This document shows positions 27,639-36,587 of a stretch of 64,000 nt of DNA, piece by piece; position 1 is the stretch's first letter, and each line of letters begins with the position of its first letter. Source of the stretch: Candidatus Falkowbacteria bacterium (GTDB lineage Bacteria; Patescibacteriota; Patescibacteriia; Patescibacteriales; UBA12075); contig JAZDLN010000027.1 in NCBI GenBank assembly GCA_043801965.1, positions 14,479 through 78,478 of the forward strand, read 5' to 3'. The translations under genes and the position numbers were made by a program. The notes under the pieces were generated by a model, which worked only from the letters and a program-made list of their open reading frames with translations, was not told where the DNA came from and did not search any database.

Positions 27639-30600
27639 TTATTCAACGTATACGTTTACGGATTTAAATTCATCCGGATCTATGGCGACCGGGCACGGAT
27701 CCGGCTGGCAACCCTGCACCGTAAAAGCCGTTAACGTGCTCGAGGCGACTATGCTGTAAGCGCTATCCCACTCCAACTGGACGGTTATTTTCCCGTTTAT
27801 ATCAGAGGTATGCGTTTGGTCGAATTCGTACACGACCGGATTGTTATATATTTTTTTTGTACCGGTTATAACGAGGGGGATGTTCGCGATCGGAACCGCG
27901 GCGCCCGGGTTTTCGAAATGGGTGGCGTATATTTCGCCGACGCCCCATCTGCCGTCATACCAGGATGAGAAGAGGTGGGAATCGGAAGTTACAGCGATAC
28001 CGGGGGCACTCTGACTTGAACCCGAGGGAGCGTCGGATATTTTCTGGTCATCGGCCCACTGCGCGTTTCCGGAAAAATCATATTTTTGGGAGTAAATATC
28101 GTTATCCCCCAGGCGATCATCGGCCCAGACCAGGTAAATATCCGTGTTATCAGCGAAAATATCGGAAAATGCCTGATTTTCATTAGGTTCTTCGACGTTA
28201 GCGATCTTTTTCCAAAGCTCGACGCCGGCCGGATCGAAGCTTGCCAGATATATATCGTCCGATACGTCCTGGGATGTCCAGGTTACGATAATATTATCCG
28301 AGGCGTCAAAACTTATTTCCGGCGCCAGATCGGCGACAACGGAATTCGTCAGATTTTTATGACCGGCCCAAAGCTCATTGCCGGCCAGATCGAATTTTTG
28401 CATATAGATATCGTCTTGTTCCGTCCAGGCTATATAGACATTGTCGCCGGAATCGACAGCGACTACCGGGGCCGTTTCATCGGTCAATGAATTAGTTATC
28501 CGCAGATCATTCGTCCACTGCCTGGCGCCGTTTCCGTCAAAACATTGGGCATATATGTCCGTGTTGCCGTTTCTGTCGTCTTCCCAGACGATCGTCGTCG
28601 TGGCGTTTCCGAAGTTTTCGGTTATCGCGACGCGCGGATATCGCTGGTTGGCGTCGGACATGTCGGCATTCACTTTAACCGTACTCCAATTTTCCGTGCC
28701 ATCGCTATTTAAGCTTTTGAGATAGATATTATCATCCCCGATGATCGCGATTTCAGGGTATTCTTGATATGAAAACTCCGCGGTTGATCCCGCGTCCGTT
28801 AATCGGAAGCAGTAAGTCGATTCAAGCGCGTTAATGGTGGCCTCGATCGAATATTCAATTTCGGTGAATTGAGTCCCTGTTAACACGATCGCCGCAGTCT
28901 GGTTGCCGGCATCTTTTGTTTCCCCGGGGATAAAAACGATATTCTCATCCGATATCCCGGGGCTGTTCGTGGTCGGATCAGCATCGGTTAAGTTCGCGCT
29001 GGCCGAGATTTTCCAATGGAGACTATTATCCGTCGGCAAGGCCGTCCAGGCGGCGATAGCGTCACAGGTCGTATTTTTCACGCCGTATTCTATCCGGAAA
29101 TCGGACGGTGAAGAGTCGATACTGCCCTCGTTCGATATTTCGACGCGCAACCGGATTCGTGCATTCTGCCTTAATAATATTCCCGTATCCTGCGGCGCGC
29201 TCCACGTCGCGGAAGACTCGTCGCCGTCATCGTCTCTTAATCTATAATGCGTTTGCCGCAGGTCGGCGGAAGTAAGGAGGTTCGTGGTGCCGGGAATCGT
29301 TACTGCCGTATTCGGGATTACGGACCCGGAATTTATGATTATGTCGGTCGAGGGATCCGCAATTTCGATTTCTATGGTATCATCCTTGCCGGCCGTAGGT
29401 CCAACGTCAAATACGGGATAGGCGCACATGGTACTGGTCGTGTCGATATTCACTATGTCCGTAAAAGTCGATGTTCCGTCGGCCGAGTCGAAATTTTGCG
29501 CAACACCGAATTGAGCGTCCGTACCGGCGTCATAGGTTTCACCCGCGCAGTCGTAGGGGGCGGTCGCGTCTATATCGTAGAAAAGCTTAACGTTAGACAG
29601 GTCGTTCTGGGCGTCAACCGTGCCGTTCTCGCTTAGGGTGATACTCGTGATCGTATGAGCGCCGGTATTGTCAGTGAAAGCGAAGGCGCCGCCCGAGTAT
29701 TCGTTGATGTTCGGGATTATTATCGAGGCGGTTTGATTCCCGACTCCGGTAACGGTAATATTGTCAGGTACGATCTCGGGCCTTAGGACTAAGCACCAGT
29801 TAAAAGAATCGCTTGATACGTTCTTGTTCGCGTCATAATTACGCGCTCCGGTAGGGGAGTCGGCGATATCCACCTCCTCGTCGGCGCTGGCCGCGGTGAT
29901 ATAATCCGCGAAATTGTTTTCGGCGTTTAACATGCCGGCGGGAAAGGTCGGTCCGCCGTCACCTAGCGATCTGGTATCCGATCCCCAGCCGCATACGAGC
30001 ATCGAACCATCCGTCGTGACCGCGTGACTGGGGGCGGGGCGTAATTTATCGCCGTCATCGGTGTTTGCCTCGACAAGATTCCCATCGAACGGGCTTACCT
30101 GATCTACGCCCCTGTAAACCCTGATATGTCCGGCTTTTTCGTCGCTGCCGTCCCTCATCGTAAATGTATAGTTAGCGGGTTCGGAATTACCGGCGATTTT
30201 ATAAAAAATCCCTCCCCGGTGGTCGTCTTCCGCGCCGTTGGGATGAATATCGTCATCAAGCGTGCTCCAGCCGGCTGGAGGCAGTATCGGTCCGTCGGTC
30301 CATCGGTCGTGATGCACATAGGCGAAGAGGAGATCATTCTCCTGGGTAAGGGCCGGTACGTTAAGGGTGATGTTCCAGGTGTTTCCGGTCGCGGTCCCCC
30401 AAATATCCACGAAAGTAACGTTGCCGGTCGCCGCCCTGGCTCTTCGCGCGGGGAGATCGTTTATGAACTCGAATATAATATTTTTATTAAATTTAAAATC
30501 GTTGAAAATACCGGAAAATTTTTGCATTATATTTTCGTAAATATTCGCGGTCTTATGGTTTGCGATCACAAGGTTTACCGGACTTATGTTTTTCGCGTAC

Positions 30601-31703
30601 CTTTTCGACGGTTTATTCAGGGTGGTTTGTTTTAATACGACGGAACTGTCCTGCCAGACGACAAAAGAGGTGCCGTCGTTCGCGACCGCTATATCGGGAC
30701 GGCTCTGATTAGACGTATCGCTTATTTCGATCTTGTCTGCCCATTGCCTTATATTGCCGGAATTGAATTTTTGCGCGTACACGCTGGAAGTGGAAACATC
30801 CGATTCCTGCCAAACGAAAAAAATATTGTCTGATCCGTCAGCTCCCATTTTCGAGCCGGTTTTTTCGATCGTGGATGTTGCCGAATATATTAGCCAATTA
30901 GCCGGAGTCACGTCTGAATATGTGGTTATATCAAGAAGGGCAAGCTTGTCTATTGAAAAACTTTCTTCGGTCTTGTCGCCTTCCGTCACGGATAAATGCA
31001 GCGGCGTTAATCCGGAAAGAAGGTCAAAAGAATAATCCATGCCGTAGCCGGCTTTCGATACCGTGATCTCATAATCCTGGAACGATTCTGGCGCGGGCAA
31101 ATATAAAATACCGGTAGAATCCGTCACGTTAGTTACGTCAATGCCCAGACCAGCGTTTACGACCCTTATATCCGCGGCTGTTACCGGAAGAGCGTTAGAA
31201 TCCACGACATAGAGTTTTAACAATCCGTAACCCGCGGAGGTTTCTTCCGTTCTCGGGATGATCTTCGAAAATACGGTTATATCCTTATGGCCGTAGTTGC
31301 TGTCCCAGGAAACTTTGACAGTCGCGATCTTATAGTCGTTAGGGATCGTGTCCGGGGTAGTTGATCCGGCCAGGCCGTCATAATCGTCGTCGTAAAAAGT
31401 GACGTACGTGTTTACAGTAAAATTTTTATCCCTTACGACTGTTTCAACCTGCGGGATCGTTCCCGGGGGTATTCCGGAAACAACCCCGACATCGGAAAAG
31501 GGCATGTTCCTTATCCGTTCCATTTTTTGATCGGCAATTTCCATGGCGCTGACGTAATTCTTGTTATCGGCGGTAATACGCAAGGATATGATAATAAGGC
31601 TGTAGACGCCAAGCGTCAGGATCGATATAACCCCGATAGTTATTATAAGCTCCATGAGAGTGAAACCGTTTTGCGTTTTTTCTTGTTTGTGCGCGTGAAG
31701 CAT
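27639..31703 (-). CDS. giant (1354 aa) prepilin-type minor pilin (PilV/GspI-like N-terminus) fused to adhesin-like domains
   Basis: QNG|FTLMELIITIGVISIL prepilin motif, a carboxypeptidase-regulatory-like beta-sandwich (LKLYVVDSNALPV...ITVSKAGYG), and a C-terminal block of about 50-aa repeats with DIYxQxFDxxGxxxW cores. Confidence 0.8.
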   Translation of the reverse strand: MLHAHKQEKTQNGFTLMELIITIGVISILTLGVYSLIIISLRITADNKNYVSAMEIADQKMERIRNMPFSDVGVVSGIPPGTIPQVETVVRDKNFTVNTYVTFYDDDYDGLAGSTTPDTIPNDYKIATVKVSWDSNYGHKDITVFSKIIPRTEETSAGYGLLKLYVVDSNALPVTAADIRVVNAGLGIDVTNVTDSTGILYLPAPESFQDYEITVSKAGYGMDYSFDLLSGLTPLHLSVTEGDKTEESFSIDKLALLDITTYSDVTPANWLIYSATSTIEKTGSKMGADGSDNIFFVWQESDVSTSSVYAQKFNSGNIRQWADKIEISDTSNQSRPDIAVANDGTSFVVWQDSSVVLKQTTLNKPSKRYAKNISPVNLVIANHKTANIYENIMQKFSGIFNDFKFNKNIIFEFINDLPARRARAATGNVTFVDIWGTATGNTWNITLNVPALTQENDLLFAYVHHDRWTDGPILPPAGWSTLDDDIHPNGAEDDHRGGIFYKIAGNSEPANYTFTMRDGSDEKAGHIRVYRGVDQVSPFDGNLVEANTDDGDKLRPAPSHAVTTDGSMLVCGWGSDTRSLGDGGPTFPAGMLNAENNFADYITAASADEEVDIADSPTGARNYDANKNVSSDSFNWCLVLRPEIVPDNITVTGVGNQTASIIIPNINEYSGGAFAFTDNTGAHTITSITLSENGTVDAQNDLSNVKLFYDIDATAPYDCAGETYDAGTDAQFGVAQNFDSADGTSTFTDIVNIDTTSTMCAYPVFDVGPTAGKDDTIEIEIADPSTDIIINSGSVIPNTAVTIPGTTNLLTSADLRQTHYRLRDDDGDESSATWSAPQDTGILLRQNARIRLRVEISNEGSIDSSPSDFRIEYGVKNTTCDAIAAWTALPTDNSLHWKISASANLTDADPTTNSPGISDENIVFIPGETKDAGNQTAAIVLTGTQFTEIEYSIEATINALESTYCFRLTDAGSTAEFSYQEYPEIAIIGDDNIYLKSLNSDGTENWSTVKVNADMSDANQRYPRVAITENFGNATTTIVWEDDRNGNTDIYAQCFDGNGARQWTNDLRITNSLTDETAPVVAVDSGDNVYIAWTEQDDIYMQKFDLAGNELWAGHKNLTNSVVADLAPEISFDASDNIIVTWTSQDVSDDIYLASFDPAGVELWKKIANVEEPNENQAFSDIFADNTDIYLVWADDRLGDNDIYSQKYDFSGNAQWADDQKISDAPSGSSQSAPGIAVTSDSHLFSSWYDGRWGVGEIYATHFENPGAAVPIANIPLVITGTKKIYNNPVVYEFDQTHTSDINGKITVQLEWDSAYSIVASSTLTAFTVQGCQPDPCPVAIDPDEFKSVNVYVE

Positions 31704-31744
31704 AGAATGGCGCGGGATACATGAACCGCGCTTTTATTACGAGC

Positions 31745-32917
31745 TTAAATACTTTCCGTGATCGAGTACATCGGCATGATGATCGCGACCGCCACCCCGC
31801 CCACGCCCGTGCCCAGGAAAAGTATAAGCAAGGGCTCGATGATCGAGGGAAGATTGTCCATGATAAGATCAACCTCCTCTTCATAAAAAGAAGCTAATTC
31901 CATCAGGATATTATCAAGTTCTCCGGTCTCTTCGCCGACCGCGATCATGGTCGTGACGACCGGCGTGAATAATTTCGGATAAGCCGCCACGGTTTCAGAG
32001 AGCTTTCCGCCCTTTTTTATTTTCTGACTCATCTCCATGAGGGCGGTCCGATAATGCAGATTCCCCAGGACGTTGGCCGTGATCTGGAAAGCTTTTATTA
32101 TCATTATATCCGTTTTTAAAAGCGAGCTTATATTACGGGCGAAACGGGCCAGGTTTATTTTTTTGACGATTGGGGATATGATGGGCGCGTTTAAAAGGAT
32201 GGCTTGAAAGATATATTTGCCCCTTTGCGTTTTAAGGGCATAGAAAAGCGCGATAACGAAAGCGACGAACACGACCGCTGATACAAGGCCGTTCTTCGCT
32301 ATGGCGTTGCTGACGCCTATGAGTATTTTCGTGGGCAGGGGCAATTCCGTGTTCATCTCCGTGAACATCGCGGTCATTTTCGGTATGATCATGACCATCA
32401 TAAAAGCGCCGATGCCGAGCATGGCCAAAAGGATGATCGCCGGATAAGTCAGGGCGCCTTTAACCTTGGAAATAAGCGTGTTTTCCTTTTTCATCTGGAT
32501 GAAAAGCTGCGCCAAAACGTTCTCAAGCTTGCCGGAGATCTCACCGGCTTCCACCATGCTGACGAAAAGCTCCCCGAATATATTTTTGTGGGCCCCCAGG
32601 CTTTCGGCAAAGCTCGAGCCTTTTTCGACGCGGGAAGCGACGTCATTTAATACCGAGATGAAGTTTTTGTTTTTTGTCTGCTGCGACAGCGTTTTCAGGG
32701 CGGTGGAAAGGGATATTCCCGATTTAAGCATCAATCCGAGGTGTTGGACGAAAAATAATTTTTCCTTAAGCGGAATACGGGTAAACCGCAGGAGATAATT
32801 ATTGATTTTGTCCATCGTCGACAAGGGCTTTTCCCCGGTTTGTGAAGCATCCGCTTTTTCCGCGTCGTCCGGTGCGTTTGAATCTAAGGTTAAATTAACA
32901 GCCATGGTTTTGACCAT
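31745..32917 (-). CDS. pilC: type IV pilus platform protein PilC (GspF family)
   Basis: Two GspF repeats, 3 TM, typical ...GEETGELDNIL motif. An alternative start lies at 32905. Confidence 0.9.
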   Translation of the reverse strand: MVKTMAVNLTLDSNAPDDAEKADASQTGEKPLSTMDKINNYLLRFTRIPLKEKLFFVQHLGLMLKSGISLSTALKTLSQQTKNKNFISVLNDVASRVEKGSSFAESLGAHKNIFGELFVSMVEAGEISGKLENVLAQLFIQMKKENTLISKVKGALTYPAIILLAMLGIGAFMMVMIIPKMTAMFTEMNTELPLPTKILIGVSNAIAKNGLVSAVVFVAFVIALFYALKTQRGKYIFQAILLNAPIISPIVKKINLARFARNISSLLKTDIMIIKAFQITANVLGNLHYRTALMEMSQKIKKGGKLSETVAAYPKLFTPVVTTMIAVGEETGELDNILMELASFYEEEVDLIMDNLPSIIEPLLILFLGTGVGGVAVAIIMPMYSITESI

Positions 32918-32985
32918 TGACCTTTGACCTTTGACCTTTGACCGGTCAAATGTTAAATGCCAAATGTTAAATGTAAATATTTCTT
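32906..32985. repeat. Intercistronic (pilB-pilC) imperfect hairpin of 7-nt units TTTGACC / GGTCAAA-TGTTAAA
   Basis: tttgacc-attgacc-tttgacc-tttgacc-tttgacc | ggtcaaatgttaaatgccaaatgttaaatgtaaat. The central 14-nt tttgaccggtcaaa is a perfect palindrome. Confidence 0.8.
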
Positions 32986-34705
32986 ATTCTTTGGTAACCC
33001 GCATGATCTCTTCGATCGTGGTAATGCCGTTTTTAGCTTTGATGAATCCGTCCTCAACCATGGTTATCATGCCGCCCTTGATCGCCTGGGTGTTTATTTC
33101 GCGGGCACTGGCTCCCTTCAAAATCAAAGACGCGATATCGGCATTGTTCTCCATTACCTCATAAATTCCGATGCGTCCCTTGTATCCGGTATTGTTGCAG
33201 CGTTTGCAGCCTTTGCCGCGGTAAAAAAGCAGGGAACCAAGACCTTTTTTGGCGTCCAAAATGCTTTTTTCTTTTTCCATGGTTTTAAGGATATTTTCCA
33301 TGTTCATTTGTTTTTCGAGCTCCCGGACGTTATCCGCGCTTAAATTGAAACTCTGGATGCAATTGGGGCATATCTTCCTGACAAGCCGCTGAGCGATAAT
33401 AATATTGACCGTCGTGGATATTAAAAAGGCCGGCACGCCCATCTCCGAGAGGCGGGGCATGGTCGTAGCCGCGTCATTGGTGTGTATGGTGGTTAAAACC
33501 AGGTGGCCGGTCATGGCGGCGTGGATGGCGATCTCGGCGGTTTCCTGGTCGCGGATCTCGCCGACCATGATAATATCCGGATCCTGCCTTAAGAAGGCGC
33601 GCAATCCGGAGGCGAAAGTGTACCCGATCTTGGAGTTGGTTTGCGATTGGTTGATATGGGGCATGCGGTATTCGATCGGGTCTTCGATCGTGGAGATGTT
33701 GACTTCCGGCTTATTAAGAATATTCAGAACCGTATATAGAGTGGTGGTTTTACCGCTTCCGGTAGGACCCGTGACGAATATGATCCCGTGCGGTTTGTCT
33801 ATGTTGCTTTTCAGGATGCCCAAGGGGCCGGATTGAAGCCCAAGTTGCTCCAGGGAGAGGACCTGGGCGCTTTCCTTGAGCAGACGAAGCACGATTTTTT
33901 CACCGTCGAAGGTGGGAATAATGGAAACGCGAAAGGAAACTTTGTATTCCTCGTTGGCGATCTTAAAGCGGCCGTCCTGGGGCAGGCGATGTTCATCAAC
34001 TTTCAGGTTGGCCAATATTTTTATTCTGGCGACTATGCCCGACTGGACGGTTTTGGGGAGCACCATTACCCGGTGCATGATGCCGTCAATGCGGTACCGT
34101 ACCAAAACATTCTTTTCCTCCGGTTCGATATGGATATCGCTGGCCCCTTCGATGATGGAGTATTCAAGCAGAGTGTCGACGATTCTCACGACCGGCAGAT
34201 CTTCGGCCAACTGCTTAAGATTACTCCCTTCTTTAGCGGTTTTTTCCGTCGACAAATAATCAAATTCAGCTTTTAAGCTTTTGTGGTATTGTTTTAAGGC
34301 GTCTTTGATATTTTCCGGCGTTGTCAGATGGATCTTTAAGGTCAAGCCGGTCTTTTTCTTCAGGAATTCTAAAATGTCGAGAGCATCCGGATTGATGACG
34401 GCCAGCTTCAATTCCTTGTCGTTGGAATCAAAAGCGATGATCTTGTGGGTAACGGCGATCGGTTCCGGAATCGAGAACAGCACGTCTTTACGGATAGTCT
34501 GGTTTTTTAGATCAATAAAGGGGATTTTATAAAAATTCGCGGCATTCTCGAACAGAGCGACGGGAGAAATTATTTTCTTTTCGGTCAGATAATCGGCAGT
34601 ATCCATATTGGCCGCTTCGGCTTCATGTTGGTATTTATCGAAATCGGCCGCGGTTAAAACTTCGGTTTTTAAGAGGATATCCTTTAATTTGGAGTTCGAA
34701 AACAT
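32984..34705 (-). CDS. pilB: type IV pilus assembly ATPase PilB (GspE family)
   Basis: Walker A GPTGSGKTTT, Asp/His boxes, tetracysteine CPNC...CKRC, N-terminal GSPII_E_N-like domain. Confidence 0.93.
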   Translation of the reverse strand: MFSNSKLKDILLKTEVLTAADFDKYQHEAEAANMDTADYLTEKKIISPVALFENAANFYKIPFIDLKNQTIRKDVLFSIPEPIAVTHKIIAFDSNDKELKLAVINPDALDILEFLKKKTGLTLKIHLTTPENIKDALKQYHKSLKAEFDYLSTEKTAKEGSNLKQLAEDLPVVRIVDTLLEYSIIEGASDIHIEPEEKNVLVRYRIDGIMHRVMVLPKTVQSGIVARIKILANLKVDEHRLPQDGRFKIANEEYKVSFRVSIIPTFDGEKIVLRLLKESAQVLSLEQLGLQSGPLGILKSNIDKPHGIIFVTGPTGSGKTTTLYTVLNILNKPEVNISTIEDPIEYRMPHINQSQTNSKIGYTFASGLRAFLRQDPDIIMVGEIRDQETAEIAIHAAMTGHLVLTTIHTNDAATTMPRLSEMGVPAFLISTTVNIIIAQRLVRKICPNCIQSFNLSADNVRELEKQMNMENILKTMEKEKSILDAKKGLGSLLFYRGKGCKRCNNTGYKGRIGIYEVMENNADIASLILKGASAREINTQAIKGGMITMVEDGFIKAKNGITTIEEIMRVTKE

Positions 34706-34811
34706 ATATTATGCATAAACAGAAAACAGACGATAGATTTTTTTTAACACGCTCGCCTGTTATCTGATTTTTTGATATCGATTAAAATTTTGTATTTACC
34801 TTACTCTTTTT

Positions 34812-34840
34812 ATTATAACATAAAACGGCTATTGTTGAAA
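34812..34840 (-). promoter_or_regulatory. candidate extended -10 promoter of the pilus operon
   Basis: Minus strand reads TGtTATAAT (plus-strand attataaca at 34812-34820) with a weak -35. Confidence 0.45.
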
Positions 34841-34917
34841 AGCGAATATTCACCCCGTTAAAATTGTTTCTAGATTAACAATATCGCGTAAATGTGGTAA
34901 AGTTATAACAGAGCGAT

Positions 34918-35337
34918 ATGAAATACAAAATATTCAGTTTATTTTACGGCCAGGAACACATTTTTTCCGGCATGAAGGATAATTTTTTACGTTCTTTTTA
35001 TTACCGGCACGTAAAAATATATTCTTTCGTTCTGCTGGCGGTTAACGCGATTATCTGGTTGATCGCGCGTTTTATCGGTTCTAATATCGATACCGACCAG
35101 ATAGCTTTGCATTATAACGTGGATTTCGGAATCGATTATTACGGCGATACCGAAAAAATATACATTATTCCCTTACTGGGGCTTATTATTATTGTTGTTA
35201 ATTTTTTCCTGTACGTAAACCTAAGCCCGCGCAAGGACCGTAAATTTATTTCCCACATACTATTGGCCGCGGCCGGAATCGCCAATATTATATTATTAAC
35301 GGCCATTGTGTCGATCTATCTGGTAAATTTCAGGTAA
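34918..35337 (+). CDS. hypothetical membrane protein
   Basis: 139-aa ORF with 3 hydrophobic segments. Confidence 0.55.
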   Translation: MKYKIFSLFYGQEHIFSGMKDNFLRSFYYRHVKIYSFVLLAVNAIIWLIARFIGSNIDTDQIALHYNVDFGIDYYGDTEKIYIIPLLGLIIIVVNFFLYVNLSPRKDRKFISHILLAAAGIANIILLTAIVSIYLVNFR

Positions 35338-35425
35338 TTTTGGTCGAAGGCGCCGCCCGCGCCCCACGTAAGGCTATTATTGAAATTAACATAATTGGCG
35401 GATTTTAAGGCGCTTGCCCCGGCTG

Positions 35426-35444
35426 CGCGGATATCCGCGGATAT
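35426..35444. promoter_or_regulatory. Overlapping perfect palindromes CGCGGATATCCGCG / ATATCCGCGGATAT, 16 nt upstream of the mraY ATG
   Basis: Read directly from the sequence. The core TATCCGCGGATA (35432-35443) is identical to the core at 3334-3345 upstream of lexA. Confidence 0.6.
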
Positions 35445-35459
35445 TATCGAACTAAAACT

Positions 35460-36509
35460 ATGCAGGATTTTTACATCATTAAGATCCTTTTTTTTACCAC
35501 CATGGCGTTTGTTTTTACTATCGCCTGGACGCCGCTTCTCACTCATTTTCTGTATAAATACAAGCTTGGAAAGCAGATCAGGGATGACGGTACGACGCCT
35601 CTTTTCAGTAAGTTGCACGCTCACAAGGCCGGTACGCCGACAATGGGAGGCCTCTTGGTCTGGGTAACGACCCTGGTTTTTAGCCTGGTATTTTTCTATC
35701 TGGCTAAATTTTTTCCCTGGAGCATCTTCCATGATCTTGATTTCTTATCGCGCCGGGAAACGCTTTTGCCCTTGGGTTGCCTGGTATCTTCGGCTTTAGT
35801 GGGGCTGATCGATGATTATTTGGACGTAAGAAGGATGGGTTATAAAAAAAGAGGGATAAAATTCAGCCACAAGCTCCTTATTTATACCTTTATTGCTCTT
35901 ATCGGGGCCTGGTGGTTTTATTTTAAATTGGATTGGGATATTATCCATATCCCTTTCCTGGGCACGGTATATGTCGGCTGGGGTTACATATTATTCTTCG
36001 TTGCCATCGTGGTAGGGACGGCGTTCGCGGTCAATCAAACCGACGGGCTGGACGGGTTGGCGGGCGGAACCCTTCTGATCGCTTTTGCCGCTTACAGCGT
36101 GATCGCTTTTTCAACCGGCCGATATGATCTGGCCGCGTTTTGCGGGGTTATCGTCGGCGCTCTTCTGGCCTTTCTGTGGTTTAATATTAATCCAGCCCGT
36201 TTTATAATGGGGGATACGGGTTCGATATCTTTGGGAGTTACCCTGGCTTTAGTGGCGCTTTATACGAATACCGCGTTTATCCTGCCATTTTTAGGCATCA
36301 TTTTCGTGGTGGAAGCGGTTTCGACGGTTGTGCAGATACTCTCGAAAAAACTTCGCGCCGGAAAAAAGGTTTTCCGGTCGGCGCCCATACATCATCATTT
36401 TGAAGCCTTGGGTTGGCCGGAACCGAAGATAGTCATGCGATTTTGGGTAATCGCGGGGGTGTTCGCGGTCATGGGACTGATCATATTTTTACTGGATAAG
36501 ACTATTTAG
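35460..36509 (+). CDS. mraY: phospho-N-acetylmuramoyl-pentapeptide transferase
   Basis: Full-length MraY pattern (KxGTPTMGG, DDxxD, NQTDGLDGLA, HHHFE). Confidence 0.93.
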   Translation: MQDFYIIKILFFTTMAFVFTIAWTPLLTHFLYKYKLGKQIRDDGTTPLFSKLHAHKAGTPTMGGLLVWVTTLVFSLVFFYLAKFFPWSIFHDLDFLSRRETLLPLGCLVSSALVGLIDDYLDVRRMGYKKRGIKFSHKLLIYTFIALIGAWWFYFKLDWDIIHIPFLGTVYVGWGYILFFVAIVVGTAFAVNQTDGLDGLAGGTLLIAFAAYSVIAFSTGRYDLAAFCGVIVGALLAFLWFNINPARFIMGDTGSISLGVTLALVALYTNTAFILPFLGIIFVVEAVSTVVQILSKKLRAGKKVFRSAPIHHHFEALGWPEPKIVMRFWVIAGVFAVMGLIIFLLDKTI

Positions 36510-36510
36510 G

Positions 36511-36572
36511 ATTTTAGGCGCTAGGCCTTAAGCATTAGTTTGACGGCTGGTTAAAGCCTAAAACCTCAATGC
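36511..36572. repeat. Imperfect hairpin with TTAGGC / GCCTAA units (mraY-ftsW spacer)
   Basis: ttaggc (36515-36520) pairs with gcctaa (36556-36561). Same unit as the 14364-14449 element. Confidence 0.55.
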
Positions 36573-36587
36573 CCGGATAATTAATAA

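Noticed and set aside
27965-31035. Many 60-170-aa plus-strand ORFs inside the giant pilin gene
   Set aside because: All are antisense to one continuous 1354-aa ORF with a clear prepilin signal and internal protein repeats. None has start signals or recognisable motifs.
32906-32945. The TTTGACC x5 run as a simple microsatellite or protein-coding repeat at the pilC N-terminus
   Set aside because: It is immediately followed by its complement, forming a long hairpin. The same word set recurs in the non-coding inter-tRNA spacer. The pilC start at 32905 leaves it fully intergenic.
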